Source: a virus. Taken from it: a stretch of DNA of 64,000 nucleotides. The DNA is taken from IMG/VR virus record IMGVR_UViG_3300029922_000031, positions 32,001 through 96,000 of that record; one strand, written 5' to 3'. Below are positions 46,001 to 54,551 of the stretch, piece by piece; position 1 is the stretch's first letter; each line of letters opens with the position of its first letter. Made by a program: the position numbers and the translations under genes. The notes beneath the pieces were generated by a model. That model was not told the DNA's origin and did no database searches. It was given only the letters and a program-made list of their open reading frames with translations.

Positions 46001-47963
46001 GCAGCTTGATCTTCTGAATATCTGCGTCAACTAGCTGCATAGCCTTCGCGCTGATGCGCTGAGCGTCATTGCCAAGCCCTTCGAGCTGCCATTCGCCGGC
46101 CTTGCGCTCGAGATCAGCAAGTTCCTTCCGCTTCGCTTCCAGCTCTGGGTCAGCCGAGGCGTGGGCGGCGTTCGCATTGCCGAGAATGCCTTCAGCGGCT
46201 AGGCGGGAGGCGCGATCGGCCTCCATGACACGAAGCTCCTCGCGCTTGACGTTCAAGAATGCATTGGCGCCGTCTGCGGCTTCCTTCGACGCCGCGCCGT
46301 AGTGCTCGAGATTCTGCCACCCCTCGCGCGCGCGCGAGTTGAATATATCGAAATAATCACTGAGAAAACCAATGACCGGTAGCGCGACCATTGCCGCTAC
46401 GCTGAAAGCGCTCAAACCTTCGACGAGCAACGGCATGAAGGCGCCGGCGATCTTCCCGTTGCGACCAAGAACACTAGCCGACGCCGCCATTTCGCCGGCG
46501 CCCGAGGCAGCGGTCGCCTCCTTGAGCGCGGCTTGAGCAGCAAGCGATTCCTGTTCGGCGCGGGTCGCAGCCGCAACAGCAGCAGCAGCGACCTCCGCCT
46601 TGGCGGCCGCTTGCTCGGTCGTCATTAAAGCTCGGCTAGCCATGCTTTCGGCTAGGGCTGCCAGTCGGGTCGCCTCCGCCGCAGTCGCCGCGGCCTCGGC
46701 AGACGTTGCGGAAGCCACATCGGCCGTTGCGGCAGCGGCCGCCTGCGAGGCATAGAGCTTCTGCATACCGGCCCACTGCGTCTGCGGCTTGGTCGCCGAG
46801 ACCGTGGCCATGCCGGTCGCGATCTGCACCTGCATCGTCTTCATCAGCGTCATGACGCCGGTGATCGACGAAGCAAAGGTGGTGAAGATGCCGCGAACCA
46901 CCGAAATACCGAAGGCGATCGCTAGGGCTTCGCCAGCCGCCTCGATCTCCGTGTGAAACTTAGCGACGAGTTCGATACCCTCGCGCAGATCAAGAACGAC
47001 GGAGGTCAGGGCCGAGCCCAGCTCATTGCCAAGGCCCTGCGCGATCCCGTGGCCGCCTGCGCCGCCAGCGAGGAACTCGTTGAAGTCCTTCATCTGTTGC
47101 TTGACGGTCTCGTAGAAGCCGTCGGCGTTCGGGAGACCGTCCGCACCGAGCGGCTTACCGACGCTCTGAATGGCGATGTCCTGGAGCAGTACCTTCATGC
47201 GGCCGATTTGACCGTTAAAGGTCTCCATCTGTCGTTGAGCGGCGCCGCCGAAGGCGCGCTCGAACTCTAGCTGGAGGGCCTGGATGGTCGATTTGGCGTC
47301 GACGGTGCCGGTGTGAATGTCCGTCATCATCTCGCCGTAGGACTCGCCGACCGAACGAGCCATCAAGCGAGCGGCGCTAGGCACCGCCATCATCAACTGA
47401 TTGCGCAGTTCCTTCATCTGCACAACGCCCTTGCCGGCCATTTCCTGAAAGGCCAGGGCGGCGCGACCAAGCTCGGCATCGCCGCCGCCGAACGCTGCCA
47501 CCGCGTCAAGCAGCGACTGCATCGTGCCCTTCATAGGCTCGAGGCCGGCGGCGTTCAGTCGAACGAAAGCGTCATGGATCGCGTTCAGCGAGAACGGCGC
47601 ATCCTTGGCCATTTCGCGGAGCTTGGTGACGGAGGTCGTCGCCTCCTTGAGAGGATCCTGCGCCGTCGAGAGCGAGCGCATGATCGTAACCATGCGCTCG
47701 AACTCGGCGTTGACCCCGACGATCTGGCGAACCCAAGACGTGCTGACGGAGTCGATCATCCCCATCGCCTGATGAGTCAGACCGAGAACGACGGTTACGT
47801 CTCGAAGCGTGGAAAGAAGGCTCTTGGAATTGCCCTCCAGAACTTTGATCGTGCTGCCGGCAGTCTTCGTCTTGGACTCGAAGACGTCAACGGCTTGTCC
47901 CGCCTGCGTAAGCTTGGACGTGAAGTCGTTGTCGTCTAGGTCGAGTTCAAAACTAAGGGCCAT
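43086..47963 (-). CDS. Tape measure protein with internal M15-type peptidase domain
   Basis: APFSL..., long helical region, HSGGIVG.DEVPII...EGV; SEHYKGEAVDI...HLHLD. Confidence 0.93.
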   Translation of the reverse strand: MALSFELDLDDNDFTSKLTQAGQAVDVFESKTKTAGSTIKVLEGNSKSLLSTLRDVTVVLGLTHQAMGMIDSVSTSWVRQIVGVNAEFERMVTIMRSLSTAQDPLKEATTSVTKLREMAKDAPFSLNAIHDAFVRLNAAGLEPMKGTMQSLLDAVAAFGGGDAELGRAALAFQEMAGKGVVQMKELRNQLMMAVPSAARLMARSVGESYGEMMTDIHTGTVDAKSTIQALQLEFERAFGGAAQRQMETFNGQIGRMKVLLQDIAIQSVGKPLGADGLPNADGFYETVKQQMKDFNEFLAGGAGGHGIAQGLGNELGSALTSVVLDLREGIELVAKFHTEIEAAGEALAIAFGISVVRGIFTTFASSITGVMTLMKTMQVQIATGMATVSATKPQTQWAGMQKLYASQAAAAATADVASATSAEAAATAAEATRLAALAESMASRALMTTEQAAAKAEVAAAAVAAATRAEQESLAAQAALKEATAASGAGEMAASASVLGRNGKIAGAFMPLLVEGLSAFSVAAMVALPVIGFLSDYFDIFNSRAREGWQNLEHYGAASKEAADGANAFLNVKREELRVMEADRASRLAAEGILGNANAAHASADPELEAKRKELADLERKAGEWQLEGLGNDAQRISAKAMQLVDADIQKIKLLYNQSSDAAAKAFDAQLKIINNAHQSAALATADYQTAQRDRVMSDYDSEIAKLEEYKAKAEEVRKTSTSPSDQMAADSFILNLEEREQALKTQRDEYAKQPMGFQLNKKVLPDDKLMEKASEEIQKLYASIDGYKAGIEGADASAEQLYQTWLRLGKAGDSHVGMVAEAIVQMKELKTQADDYENIISGGHKLEKDLTDLIDKDNNTIFDDLYGKLSGYEQIMARKARGEYPGQGGTTPDQLRLVAMREELDKAQKAAVDAGKALQDSFGVTLAQNITTVNDALNGTSSALLSIVNGTAKSGLFNQPAASLLNGSIMAGPRATAPSGPPPTDWAQGINFGNAGPFSAKTSPSDPLQDDVKSALHALEQMAGAFTITSTTQGDHAKDSEHYKGEAVDIAANNSMSGAQYIDLVTKAIEAGFTRVGVSDSHLHLDMGKTGAFADSGGEMGRAGMSVAQIDALVKQIAANRSVVNAPESETQKNDRLAETARTLQPQVEQANANKALMELFDKFSKMGDVKSLEAEGSGTELSKLIAWIKENGQKTSFGTNNSDDPRYQPFKDAASAADEAKKQADAFKTAITDAETAAKASAQKLVEGREALANDFTKLAHGADGASDALLKVREEGQRNVSKAVTAYGAGSPQAAQAQSEADQNSALQQDQDIMKAAEAAQKKTETYRESTMSQEQADVAKYNALAQEYQRDLANFTGTEEQKAVISKQFNAALAADWAAMQAKTPFAKQMQDWADSTKNLQQATSSFMNSAVDNLATQIMTGKANWASFAASIEKDLLEIAMKGAASGLLGGMGSLLGGGGGSKGAPMQLAGAVGGGSKMGGGGGGSKLTTLFGVATHHTGGIVGGASGMRYMSLASLMSSGSPFANAPRFHSGGIVGVDEVPIIAKKNEGVFTQEQMKALGRSNNQVTLHNNVIVNANGGRPEDNADLAAQVGAHVERIARSTVVDELRQQMRPGNLLFG

Positions 47964-47978
47964 AACACGTCACCAGTC

Positions 47979-48739
47979 TCAAGCGTTCGAACCAACCGCC
48001 CTCATCGCCTTCAAAGCGGCGAGACCGGCACGATCGAGTTCTGAGACCATGGCCTCTGCCGCTCGGTCGATTTTAACCACCTCACCCATCTGATCGCGAA
48101 GAACGGTCATATACTGGCCGAATCCCTCGCCGGACTGCATCGAAGCCCCGATTTGGGCTGTTCTGATCGACTCCTCTGCCGCGAGACGATCGGTGTTTCG
48201 ATGCAGAAGCCAGAACCGAGCAATCGGGAGAGAAAGTGTTTCCTGATCGCTCAGTCCGTAGAACCGCATAACGCGACAGAACAGAAATCCGAAGTCTATT
48301 TCGGAGACGAAATCGGCTGAACCGCCACTCGTTCGATCAGCGTTGCCAGAGCGGGGTCGACCACCGGCGGCGCGGCCGCCGGGACGGCCAAAGGGTGCGA
48401 TGCAGCTTCGGCCTCGACCTCCTCGTCGGCCGTCTTTTCGCCGTTGTGCGAGCGCGCGAATTCCAGAATCTTGTTGAGCTTGACGAGCGGCATATCCTTG
48501 AGCATGTCAGCCGTCAGAGTCTTGAACGACCGCGTGATCATGTTGATGATCACGTTGGCTTCCGCCTCCATGTCGCCGGAGCCGGCGCGCAGCTCCTGCA
48601 TCATCTTGGTGTTGGCGATCCAATCGCGCAGCGTGATCGGGGTCAGTTTGTGCTCGATCTGGTCGAGCTTGATGACAATGTTGTCCACTTCGACGTCGAC
48701 TTCGTCGAGGTTGAGAAATTTCGTTTCCTTGCCGGCCAT
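47979..48739 (-). CDS. Tail assembly chaperone GT (predicted -1 frameshift product)
   Basis: The -1 frame is open from the slippery site CCCTTTG (48395-48389) through EIDFGFLFCRVMRFYG to the stop at 47979. Confidence 0.75.
48296..48739 (-). CDS. Tail assembly chaperone G
   Basis: Between the tail tube and tape measure genes. Confidence 0.85.
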   Translation of the reverse strand: MAGKETKFLNLDEVDVEVDNIVIKLDQIEHKLTPITLRDWIANTKMMQELRAGSGDMEAEANVIINMITRSFKTLTADMLKDMPLVKLNKILEFARSHNGEKTADEEVEAEAASHPLAVPAAAPPVVDPALATLIERVAVQPISSPK

Positions 48740-48761
48740 GTGTCTTCTTGTCCCTTAATGC

Positions 48762-48790
48762 AAAACTGGCGCACCTTGCGATGCGCCAGT
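48762..48790 (-). terminator. Terminator after the tail tube gene
   Basis: ACTGGCGCA...TGCGCCAGT-TTT. Confidence 0.75.
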
Positions 48791-48824
48791 CAATATTGAC
48801 TTACTCCGAGTCGAAAGACAAGGA

Positions 48825-49679
48825 TTAAGCGGCAGTCATGTCGCCGACGACGAACAGGTCGCCGGTGTTCGGATCCGGGTAGCCGGAGAAGGAGACGTCG
48901 TAGATGCGCTCCTTGTCGATTTGGTAAGCGAACTTCAGGCCGCCGGCGGTCGCCGCGAGCGGAATGTTGAAGTCCTCGGCGCGGTCGGTGTCGGCGTTGA
49001 CCTGCGGATGCAGGGTGAGCATCTTGGCGATCGCCAGGAGCGACGTGCCAATACCGGTCGGGACGATGACCTTCTGCTTGGTTGCGAGCACGCCGCCAGC
49101 CAGTGTCGCGCCCGAGACCGTCAGGCTGGTGCCGGACTTGACGAGCGTGATGGAGTTGTACGAGTAGAACGACGTGTCGTAGGCTGCGGCGGTCAGGGTC
49201 ACGACGCCCAAGGCGCTGGTCGCAACGACCATAACCGAAGCATCGTCGATGGCGTTGATCGCCGCGGCAAGCAAGGCGGCCTGCGTGGTGGCATCGGCAC
49301 CGATGCCGAACTGGTTCGCGGCGGCGGGCGCGGTCGCGGCCGTGAAGACGACGCCGTCAATCGAGATGGAGTCGCCGACGGTCGCAACGGTCGAGAAAGT
49401 CGCGGTGCCGGAAGCCTTGGTGGCGCCAGTTTCGACGATCGAGGCGCCGGGCATGATCTTGACCAGGTTGTCGAGGGTCGTTTCCGCGAGCGGAACCTTG
49501 ACCGTGACGGTGCGGCCCATGATGACCTCGTTGACCACCGATTTGCCGAACTGATCGACCATGACCTGATGCGTATCGGTCTTCACCTCAACGTCGACGC
49601 CGCCCTGGGTGTAACCCAGATCCTGGCCACCGAAGAAGACGCGGCAGACACCGAGCCGAACGTTATTCGTGTTGCTCAC
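48825..49679 (-). CDS. Major tail tube protein (with inserted beta domain)
   Basis: DLGYTQGGV.V, VDQFG; own promoter and terminator. Confidence 0.9.
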   Translation of the reverse strand: MSNTNNVRLGVCRVFFGGQDLGYTQGGVDVEVKTDTHQVMVDQFGKSVVNEVIMGRTVTVKVPLAETTLDNLVKIMPGASIVETGATKASGTATFSTVATVGDSISIDGVVFTAATAPAAANQFGIGADATTQAALLAAAINAIDDASVMVVATSALGVVTLTAAAYDTSFYSYNSITLVKSGTSLTVSGATLAGGVLATKQKVIVPTGIGTSLLAIAKMLTLHPQVNADTDRAEDFNIPLAATAGGLKFAYQIDKERIYDVSFSGYPDPNTGDLFVVGDMTAA

Positions 49680-49701
49680 GGTGATTTCCTTCGAAAAGAT
49701 A

Positions 49702-49760
49702 CGTCAAAACTGACTGTGGAGAATTATAGCCATGATGGGCGAGAAAAGTCAAAGCTGATT
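49702..49760 (-). promoter_or_regulatory. Sigma70 promoter with two operators
   Basis: TTGACT-N18-TATAAT; operators at 49747-49760 (over the -35) and 49702-49715. Confidence 0.85.
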
Positions 49761-49764
49761 TAAC

Positions 49765-50169
49765 TCAGATCATGATGTAGTGGGCCTTGATGTTGCAAGC
49801 CCACTCGTACTCGTTACCCTGTGTTCGCGGGTAGACGACCGGCCGCGTCAGCGGGAAACACTGAAGAACGCGCATCAGGACGTCGCCGCTGACGGGATCC
49901 GTGAAAGTCCGGTTGTAGAAGGTCAGCGCGTTGTTGATCAGCAGCGACTGAGCGTCGCCGAAAGCGTGATCCTTGGAGCGCAGAATCGCCTGAAAACTGC
50001 CTTTGTAAAAGCCGATGATATAGTGGTTGACCGGGATGCCATCCATCGGCAGCTTCAGCAGGATGCCCTGCGTGCAGGTCTCCGGGATGTGATGCTCGAA
50101 GATGTCAACGCCAAGCGCCGTCGCCAGGTTGGCCTCAATCAGAACTTCGGCGATGCAGTCAAGATTCAC
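49765..50169 (-). CDS. Tail terminator-like protein
   Basis: Position and size, immediately before the tube gene. Confidence 0.7.
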   Translation of the reverse strand: MNLDCIAEVLIEANLATALGVDIFEHHIPETCTQGILLKLPMDGIPVNHYIIGFYKGSFQAILRSKDHAFGDAQSLLINNALTFYNRTFTDPVSGDVLMRVLQCFPLTRPVVYPRTQGNEYEWACNIKAHYIMI

Positions 50170-50612
50170 TTCCCCTCCTCCGCCATCGTCTGGGATGTGA
50201 CTTCGATCAGCGCCGCCTCGAGCTTCGGCTCTTGCTCGGCCACCGCCCGGTCGATGAAATGCTCGCCGATATAGACGCCTGGATTGGCGTTTCGCTTGGC
50301 GATCGTGCCGGGACCGGGGTGCATCGAGGAGTAGTTCTCGTCGATCTCAGAGGCGTAGGCGTCCACGTCGATGCCGCCGAACTCGCCGCCGGCGACGATG
50401 TCGATCGCCAGGCGGCCGCGACCCTCATAGGTCGTCTCCTGATGGATCGAGTCCTCCAGGTTGCCAAGATCCACCGGGCAGAACAGCTTGGCGCGCTCGA
50501 CGATCTTGTCCGCAGCACGGTGCATCACCTTACGGCCGTTCTCCGGGACCTTGTCGGCGATGTTGCGCAGAGCTGTCCGCAATGCGTCGGCGCCATAGAG
50601 CTTCCCGCCCAT
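50166..50612 (-). CDS. HK97 gp10-like tail completion protein
   Basis: AK..CPVDLGNLEDSI, FIDRA. Confidence 0.8.
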   Translation of the reverse strand: MGGKLYGADALRTALRNIADKVPENGRKVMHRAADKIVERAKLFCPVDLGNLEDSIHQETTYEGRGRLAIDIVAGGEFGGIDVDAYASEIDENYSSMHPGPGTIAKRNANPGVYIGEHFIDRAVAEQEPKLEAALIEVTSQTMAEEGK

Positions 50613-50962
50613 TACTGGCTCCCAGCTTCGAAGGTGCATTCGTAGTGGTCGAGATTGCCAGCGATGCTGATTCGCGGCTGGACCGAGATGCAGCGCAGCG
50701 AGACGCCGAGAATGACAAATTTGTCGCCCTCGGTAATCTGTACGCTTGACGGGAATAGGATCATGGCCGGCTCGATGAGTTCATCCGCCTCGCCGCGCGA
50801 GGCCGATCCCGTCGATCGGATTGGCGTCTTCTGAACCGTCGGCTCGAGCTTGACGATAGCGCACGGGACAACAGCCGCCTCGCCATCATAGATCGCCTGG
50901 CCAAATTTATCCGTGCCTGCGGTGTATGACGTCAAAAGACCGGTCGTGTTGGGGAGGAACAC
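50612..50962 (-). CDS. Head closure protein
   Basis: DKFGQ..., beta-rich; neck position. Confidence 0.7.
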   Translation of the reverse strand: MFLPNTTGLLTSYTAGTDKFGQAIYDGEAAVVPCAIVKLEPTVQKTPIRSTGSASRGEADELIEPAMILFPSSVQITEGDKFVILGVSLRCISVQPRISIAGNLDHYECTFEAGSQ

Positions 50963-50964
50963 GA

Positions 50965-51834
50965 TCAGCTCCGAGTGATGGTGTATTTGATGTCGACGTA
51001 GCCTTGGATGAAGGCGAGCGCCGCGCGCGAGACGCCTAGATCGAGCGGCTGAACGTTGCGAAAGGTAGTGTTCGACTCGCCAATGCGCTCGGATAGAATG
51101 CCGGAGGCCCGGCGCTGCGCGTAGACGTCGTTGGCGAGGATCTGATCGGCCTCGACGACCTGCGCGTTGCGCATCGCCTGGCGGAAGATCTCAGGATAAT
51201 AGCTGTACCAGCGCTGCGTCGTCATCGCCGTCCACAGACGCGGGATGATGATCTCGTTGCGGCTGTCGAACCAGTTCAGATAGTTCTGAGCGTCCGGGTC
51301 GCGCGGCCAGCGCACGAAATAGCCAAGTTTGGTCAACCGCAGCCAGGCCGTCGACATGGCGTTGATGCGATCCTGCTCAGTCGCCGTCGGAAAGGCCGTG
51401 AGGTTGGGGAGATTGCTCGCGGTCAGAAGCGCCAGATTGTAGGTCTGAAACGAGTTCTGAAGCAGGACGAGCTGAGCGTCGCTCGCCCGAAGAATGTATT
51501 GGATTTTGCTGACGAAAGCGCCGGTGGGCGTCGTCATGGTGAGCTGAATCTCACGCAGACCAGAGACCGTGATGATCAGGTTGCCGCTCTGAGTCCCGTC
51601 ATTGATGTTGGGCGCAGGGCCGGCGAGCTGATTGCAGACTTCCGGGACGCTGATGAGGACCGAAGTGTCGGTGCTTCCCGGCGCCGCAAGCGCGGTCGTG
51701 TCCTGAACGATGTTCTCCAGCTCATCGAGCACTCGATAGGCAAGCGTCATCCCCGCCGGCGAAATGGCGGCGCCGTTCATGTCTACGAACGGGATCGTTA
51801 CGGCGACCAATGCGCCAGCGGGGTAGCTGTTCAT
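50965..51834 (-). CDS. Head-tail adaptor-like protein
   Basis: C-terminal GILSERIGES pattern; neck position. Confidence 0.65.
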   Translation of the reverse strand: MNSYPAGALVAVTIPFVDMNGAAISPAGMTLAYRVLDELENIVQDTTALAAPGSTDTSVLISVPEVCNQLAGPAPNINDGTQSGNLIITVSGLREIQLTMTTPTGAFVSKIQYILRASDAQLVLLQNSFQTYNLALLTASNLPNLTAFPTATEQDRINAMSTAWLRLTKLGYFVRWPRDPDAQNYLNWFDSRNEIIIPRLWTAMTTQRWYSYYPEIFRQAMRNAQVVEADQILANDVYAQRRASGILSERIGESNTTFRNVQPLDLGVSRAALAFIQGYVDIKYTITRS

Positions 51835-51843
51835 GGCGATCGA

Positions 51844-52449
51844 TTACTCGGTGATCACGGGAGCGGACTTCTTGGCGAGTTGCTGAGCGTTGAGGATGTT
51901 CTCGATCAGATCGGGGATCGAGCGCGCCTTGACGCCATAGGGCAAAGCCACGTCCCGGAGACCCTGAATGCCCTTCTTCTCGACGAGGACGCACAGCTCT
52001 TCGTATGTGTAGAAGATCGTCTCTTGCTTGGCTTCGAGATCGCCGGATGCAACCAGCACCGCAGCGTCAGCCTCGAGCTGCTCCTGCTTGGTGACAGTGG
52101 CGTGTTCCAGATGCACCGCAACCGGCATACGCGCCGTGCGAGCGTCGATCATGCGCTGTTGCGGGCCGATCGAGTCGCCAGTCTCGGCGTCGACGGCGCG
52201 AATCTGAGTGCAGATGCGATCCGAGAACGTCTCGGGGATCGCCACATCGGACAGACCGTCAGTGAAGTCCACGCCACCGAAGTTGCCGGTATAGGTTTCC
52301 CAGCCCTTCTGGACGATGCGAATGCGCCGGGGCTCCCGACTGTCGGGAATCGGAACGGGCGGGCGGTGAACGCGGGGTTGACCGGTTGTAACGGCCGGCT
52401 CCTGGGTCTGGCCGTTTCCGCTAAGAGCGGCTCGACGAGTGAGGGTCAC
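51844..52449 (-). CDS. Hypothetical virion-associated protein
   Basis: Directly after the capsid gene; C-terminal small helical domain. Confidence 0.7.
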   Translation of the reverse strand: MTLTRRAALSGNGQTQEPAVTTGQPRVHRPPVPIPDSREPRRIRIVQKGWETYTGNFGGVDFTDGLSDVAIPETFSDRICTQIRAVDAETGDSIGPQQRMIDARTARMPVAVHLEHATVTKQEQLEADAAVLVASGDLEAKQETIFYTYEELCVLVEKKGIQGLRDVALPYGVKARSIPDLIENILNAQQLAKKSAPVITE

Positions 52450-52482
52450 AAAATTCTCCGTTTATCTCTCGGCCCATAAAGC

Positions 52483-52506
52483 AAAGGGCGGGATTGCTCC
52501 CGCCCT
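52483..52506 (-). terminator. Terminator after the major capsid gene
   Basis: AGGGCGGGA-GCAA-TCCCGCCCT-TT. Confidence 0.8.
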
Positions 52507-52537
52507 AAGATAGATCAATCTTGACTGATTGCCAAGA

Positions 52538-53440
52538 TTAAACGTTGGTGATGCCCGCGAGACGCGCCAGCGACAGCGTGCTCTTGAGAGCCGTGCCGAC
52601 GTACCACTTCATGCGGTAGCGGACGGCGTCCTTGTTCTGGATGGTGCCGATGTTCTCCACTTGGATGCCGGCGGACGGGCCGCCGAAGATCGCATGAAAG
52701 CCGTCGGCTTCATTCAGGCGGATCGCGTAGATCGAGGTCGTGGCGCTATTCGTGCCGCACGTCTCGTTGTTCGGGACGTAGTCGTTCAGCAGCACCGGGG
52801 TGCCGTCGAACGAGTGGACCGGACGACCGAAGTTCTCGATCATCATTTCTTCGGCATGGTTGCCGTTGAACGAACGAAGGAGAGCGCGAACCGCGCGCCA
52901 GGTCGAACGGCGCATGACAAGCGCGTCGGCGCCGAGCTTGACGAGTTCCTTGAGCTCGTCGAGCATCGCCAGCGTCATGGCGGCGCCGTTGGTGTCGGCC
53001 AGAATCACCTGCGAGGGGTCGCAGAGCGACGCCAAGCCGTCAAACGACTTCGCGTTGACGCTCGAGGAGCCCTGAACCAGAGCCCGACGGAAGGCGCGGC
53101 CAAGACCCTTCGCCTTCGAAGCGAGCTGGATCGCAAGCTGCGAGTTGTGATCCGACTGGGTGGCCAGCAGGAATTTGTCCATGTCGACGTCGCCGGCCAT
53201 GATCTTCAGCGTGGTCGTGACTTCGGTGAAGGTCGCGCCGCCTTCGTTCACGGGATCGTAGGGCGACAGGAAGTCGGCCTCGGTCAGCGTGTTTTCGCGG
53301 TTGTAGACATACGCCTTACCGTCGACGTACATGAAGGGGACGAGAGCGAACAGTTCGTCCTTGTCGATGATTTCCTCAATGACGCCGCGCTCGAGCTGTT
53401 CGAGCGAGAGTTTGGCGGCTTCGGCAACAAGCAAAGGCAT
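52538..53440 (-). CDS. Major capsid protein (HK97 fold)
   Basis: YNRE.TL, GDVDMDKF, FDGL, TSIYAIR, RLAGITN. Confidence 0.92.
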   Translation of the reverse strand: MPLLVAEAAKLSLEQLERGVIEEIIDKDELFALVPFMYVDGKAYVYNRENTLTEADFLSPYDPVNEGGATFTEVTTTLKIMAGDVDMDKFLLATQSDHNSQLAIQLASKAKGLGRAFRRALVQGSSSVNAKSFDGLASLCDPSQVILADTNGAAMTLAMLDELKELVKLGADALVMRRSTWRAVRALLRSFNGNHAEEMMIENFGRPVHSFDGTPVLLNDYVPNNETCGTNSATTSIYAIRLNEADGFHAIFGGPSAGIQVENIGTIQNKDAVRYRMKWYVGTALKSTLSLARLAGITNV

Positions 53441-53493
53441 TTTTAAGCTCCTGTAGCTTCTCGCGGAAGCTGGTTTCAGTCTCGTTCAAGACA

Positions 53494-53566
53494 AGTCAAA
53501 ACTGATTGACCATATGATACCGCGAGAAGCTGTTTTGTCAAATACCGAAATCAATCAAATATGACT
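53494..53566 (-). promoter_or_regulatory. Capsid promoter with two operators
   Basis: TTGACA-N16-TATCAT; operators at 53553-53566 and 53494-53507. Confidence 0.85.
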
Positions 53567-53582
53567 GTTTTCGATGTTCGCA

Positions 53583-54473
53583 TTACTTTTTCTTCGCGGC
53601 AGCAGCCTGAGCGTTGAGAATCGCTTCGATTCGCGACGCGCCAGTCAGGCCCTTGGCCGCGGCCGCGGCGGCAACTGCCAGGTCGGCAGTCGTCGAACGC
53701 GCACCAGCCGCCAACTTGGATTTCAGAAGGCTGGCGTGATCCGGGTCGGCCGCGACGATGCGCTTGATTGCCTCGTCGAACGCCAGCGGCTTGCCGGAGG
53801 CGTCGACCAGCTTCGTACGGTCGGCGGAGCCCTTCGGCTTGTCGTAAGCGATAACCGCGCCCTCTTCGATCTCGAAGTTCGAGCCGTAGACCTGGCGAGC
53901 CTTATTCGGCGGCAACACCATCTCCTTGCCGATGAAGTCCGAGCTGGAGAACGCCGAACCGATGGTCAGATCGCCAATCTGCCCGGTGAGCTTAGCGACG
54001 TCGGCCGACTGCGCTTCGATCTGCGTTCTCAGCTTGGTGACTTCCGCAGCGTGCTCGTCCGCCATCATCTTCTTGACGCGCTCGTAGTCGCCGGTCTTCT
54101 CGGCAGCCGCCTTCTCGGCGCTGACCTTGTCGGCAAGCATCTTCTTGATCTCGGCGACATCGATGCCGTCGAATTCCTTGAGCTTGGCGGTCAGATCCTC
54201 GATCTTGGCCTTGCGACTCATGCTCTCCTTGAGAAGCGCGGCTTCCTTGTCGCTGAGCCCGCTATTGGCGTGCTTGTCGGCCTCGAGTTTGGCGGCAGCG
54301 GCCTTGTCAGCTTCGGCCTTGTCGGCGATAGCTTTGTCGGCAGCGGCCTTATCGGCGGCAGCCTTGGCGGCAGCCGCAGTGTCAGCGCCACCACCCGTCC
54401 CATCTTCGGGCTCCAGACAAACCATGCTGTAGAGCGAGTGATAGGAGTTGGTGTAGTTAATCAAACGAAACAT
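53583..54473 (-). CDS. Capsid scaffolding protein
   Basis: Coiled coil with AAADK repeats; lies between portal and capsid. Confidence 0.8.
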   Translation of the reverse strand: MFRLINYTNSYHSLYSMVCLEPEDGTGGGADTAAAAKAAADKAAADKAIADKAEADKAAAAKLEADKHANSGLSDKEAALLKESMSRKAKIEDLTAKLKEFDGIDVAEIKKMLADKVSAEKAAAEKTGDYERVKKMMADEHAAEVTKLRTQIEAQSADVAKLTGQIGDLTIGSAFSSSDFIGKEMVLPPNKARQVYGSNFEIEEGAVIAYDKPKGSADRTKLVDASGKPLAFDEAIKRIVAADPDHASLLKSKLAAGARSTTADLAVAAAAAAKGLTGASRIEAILNAQAAAAKKK

Positions 54474-54551
54474 AGTCTTTTCCTTCGGTCGGTCACTTGA
54501 CCTGATTTCGAGCCGATCACTTGGCCCTTCAGCGACGAATGTCGCTGTTCG

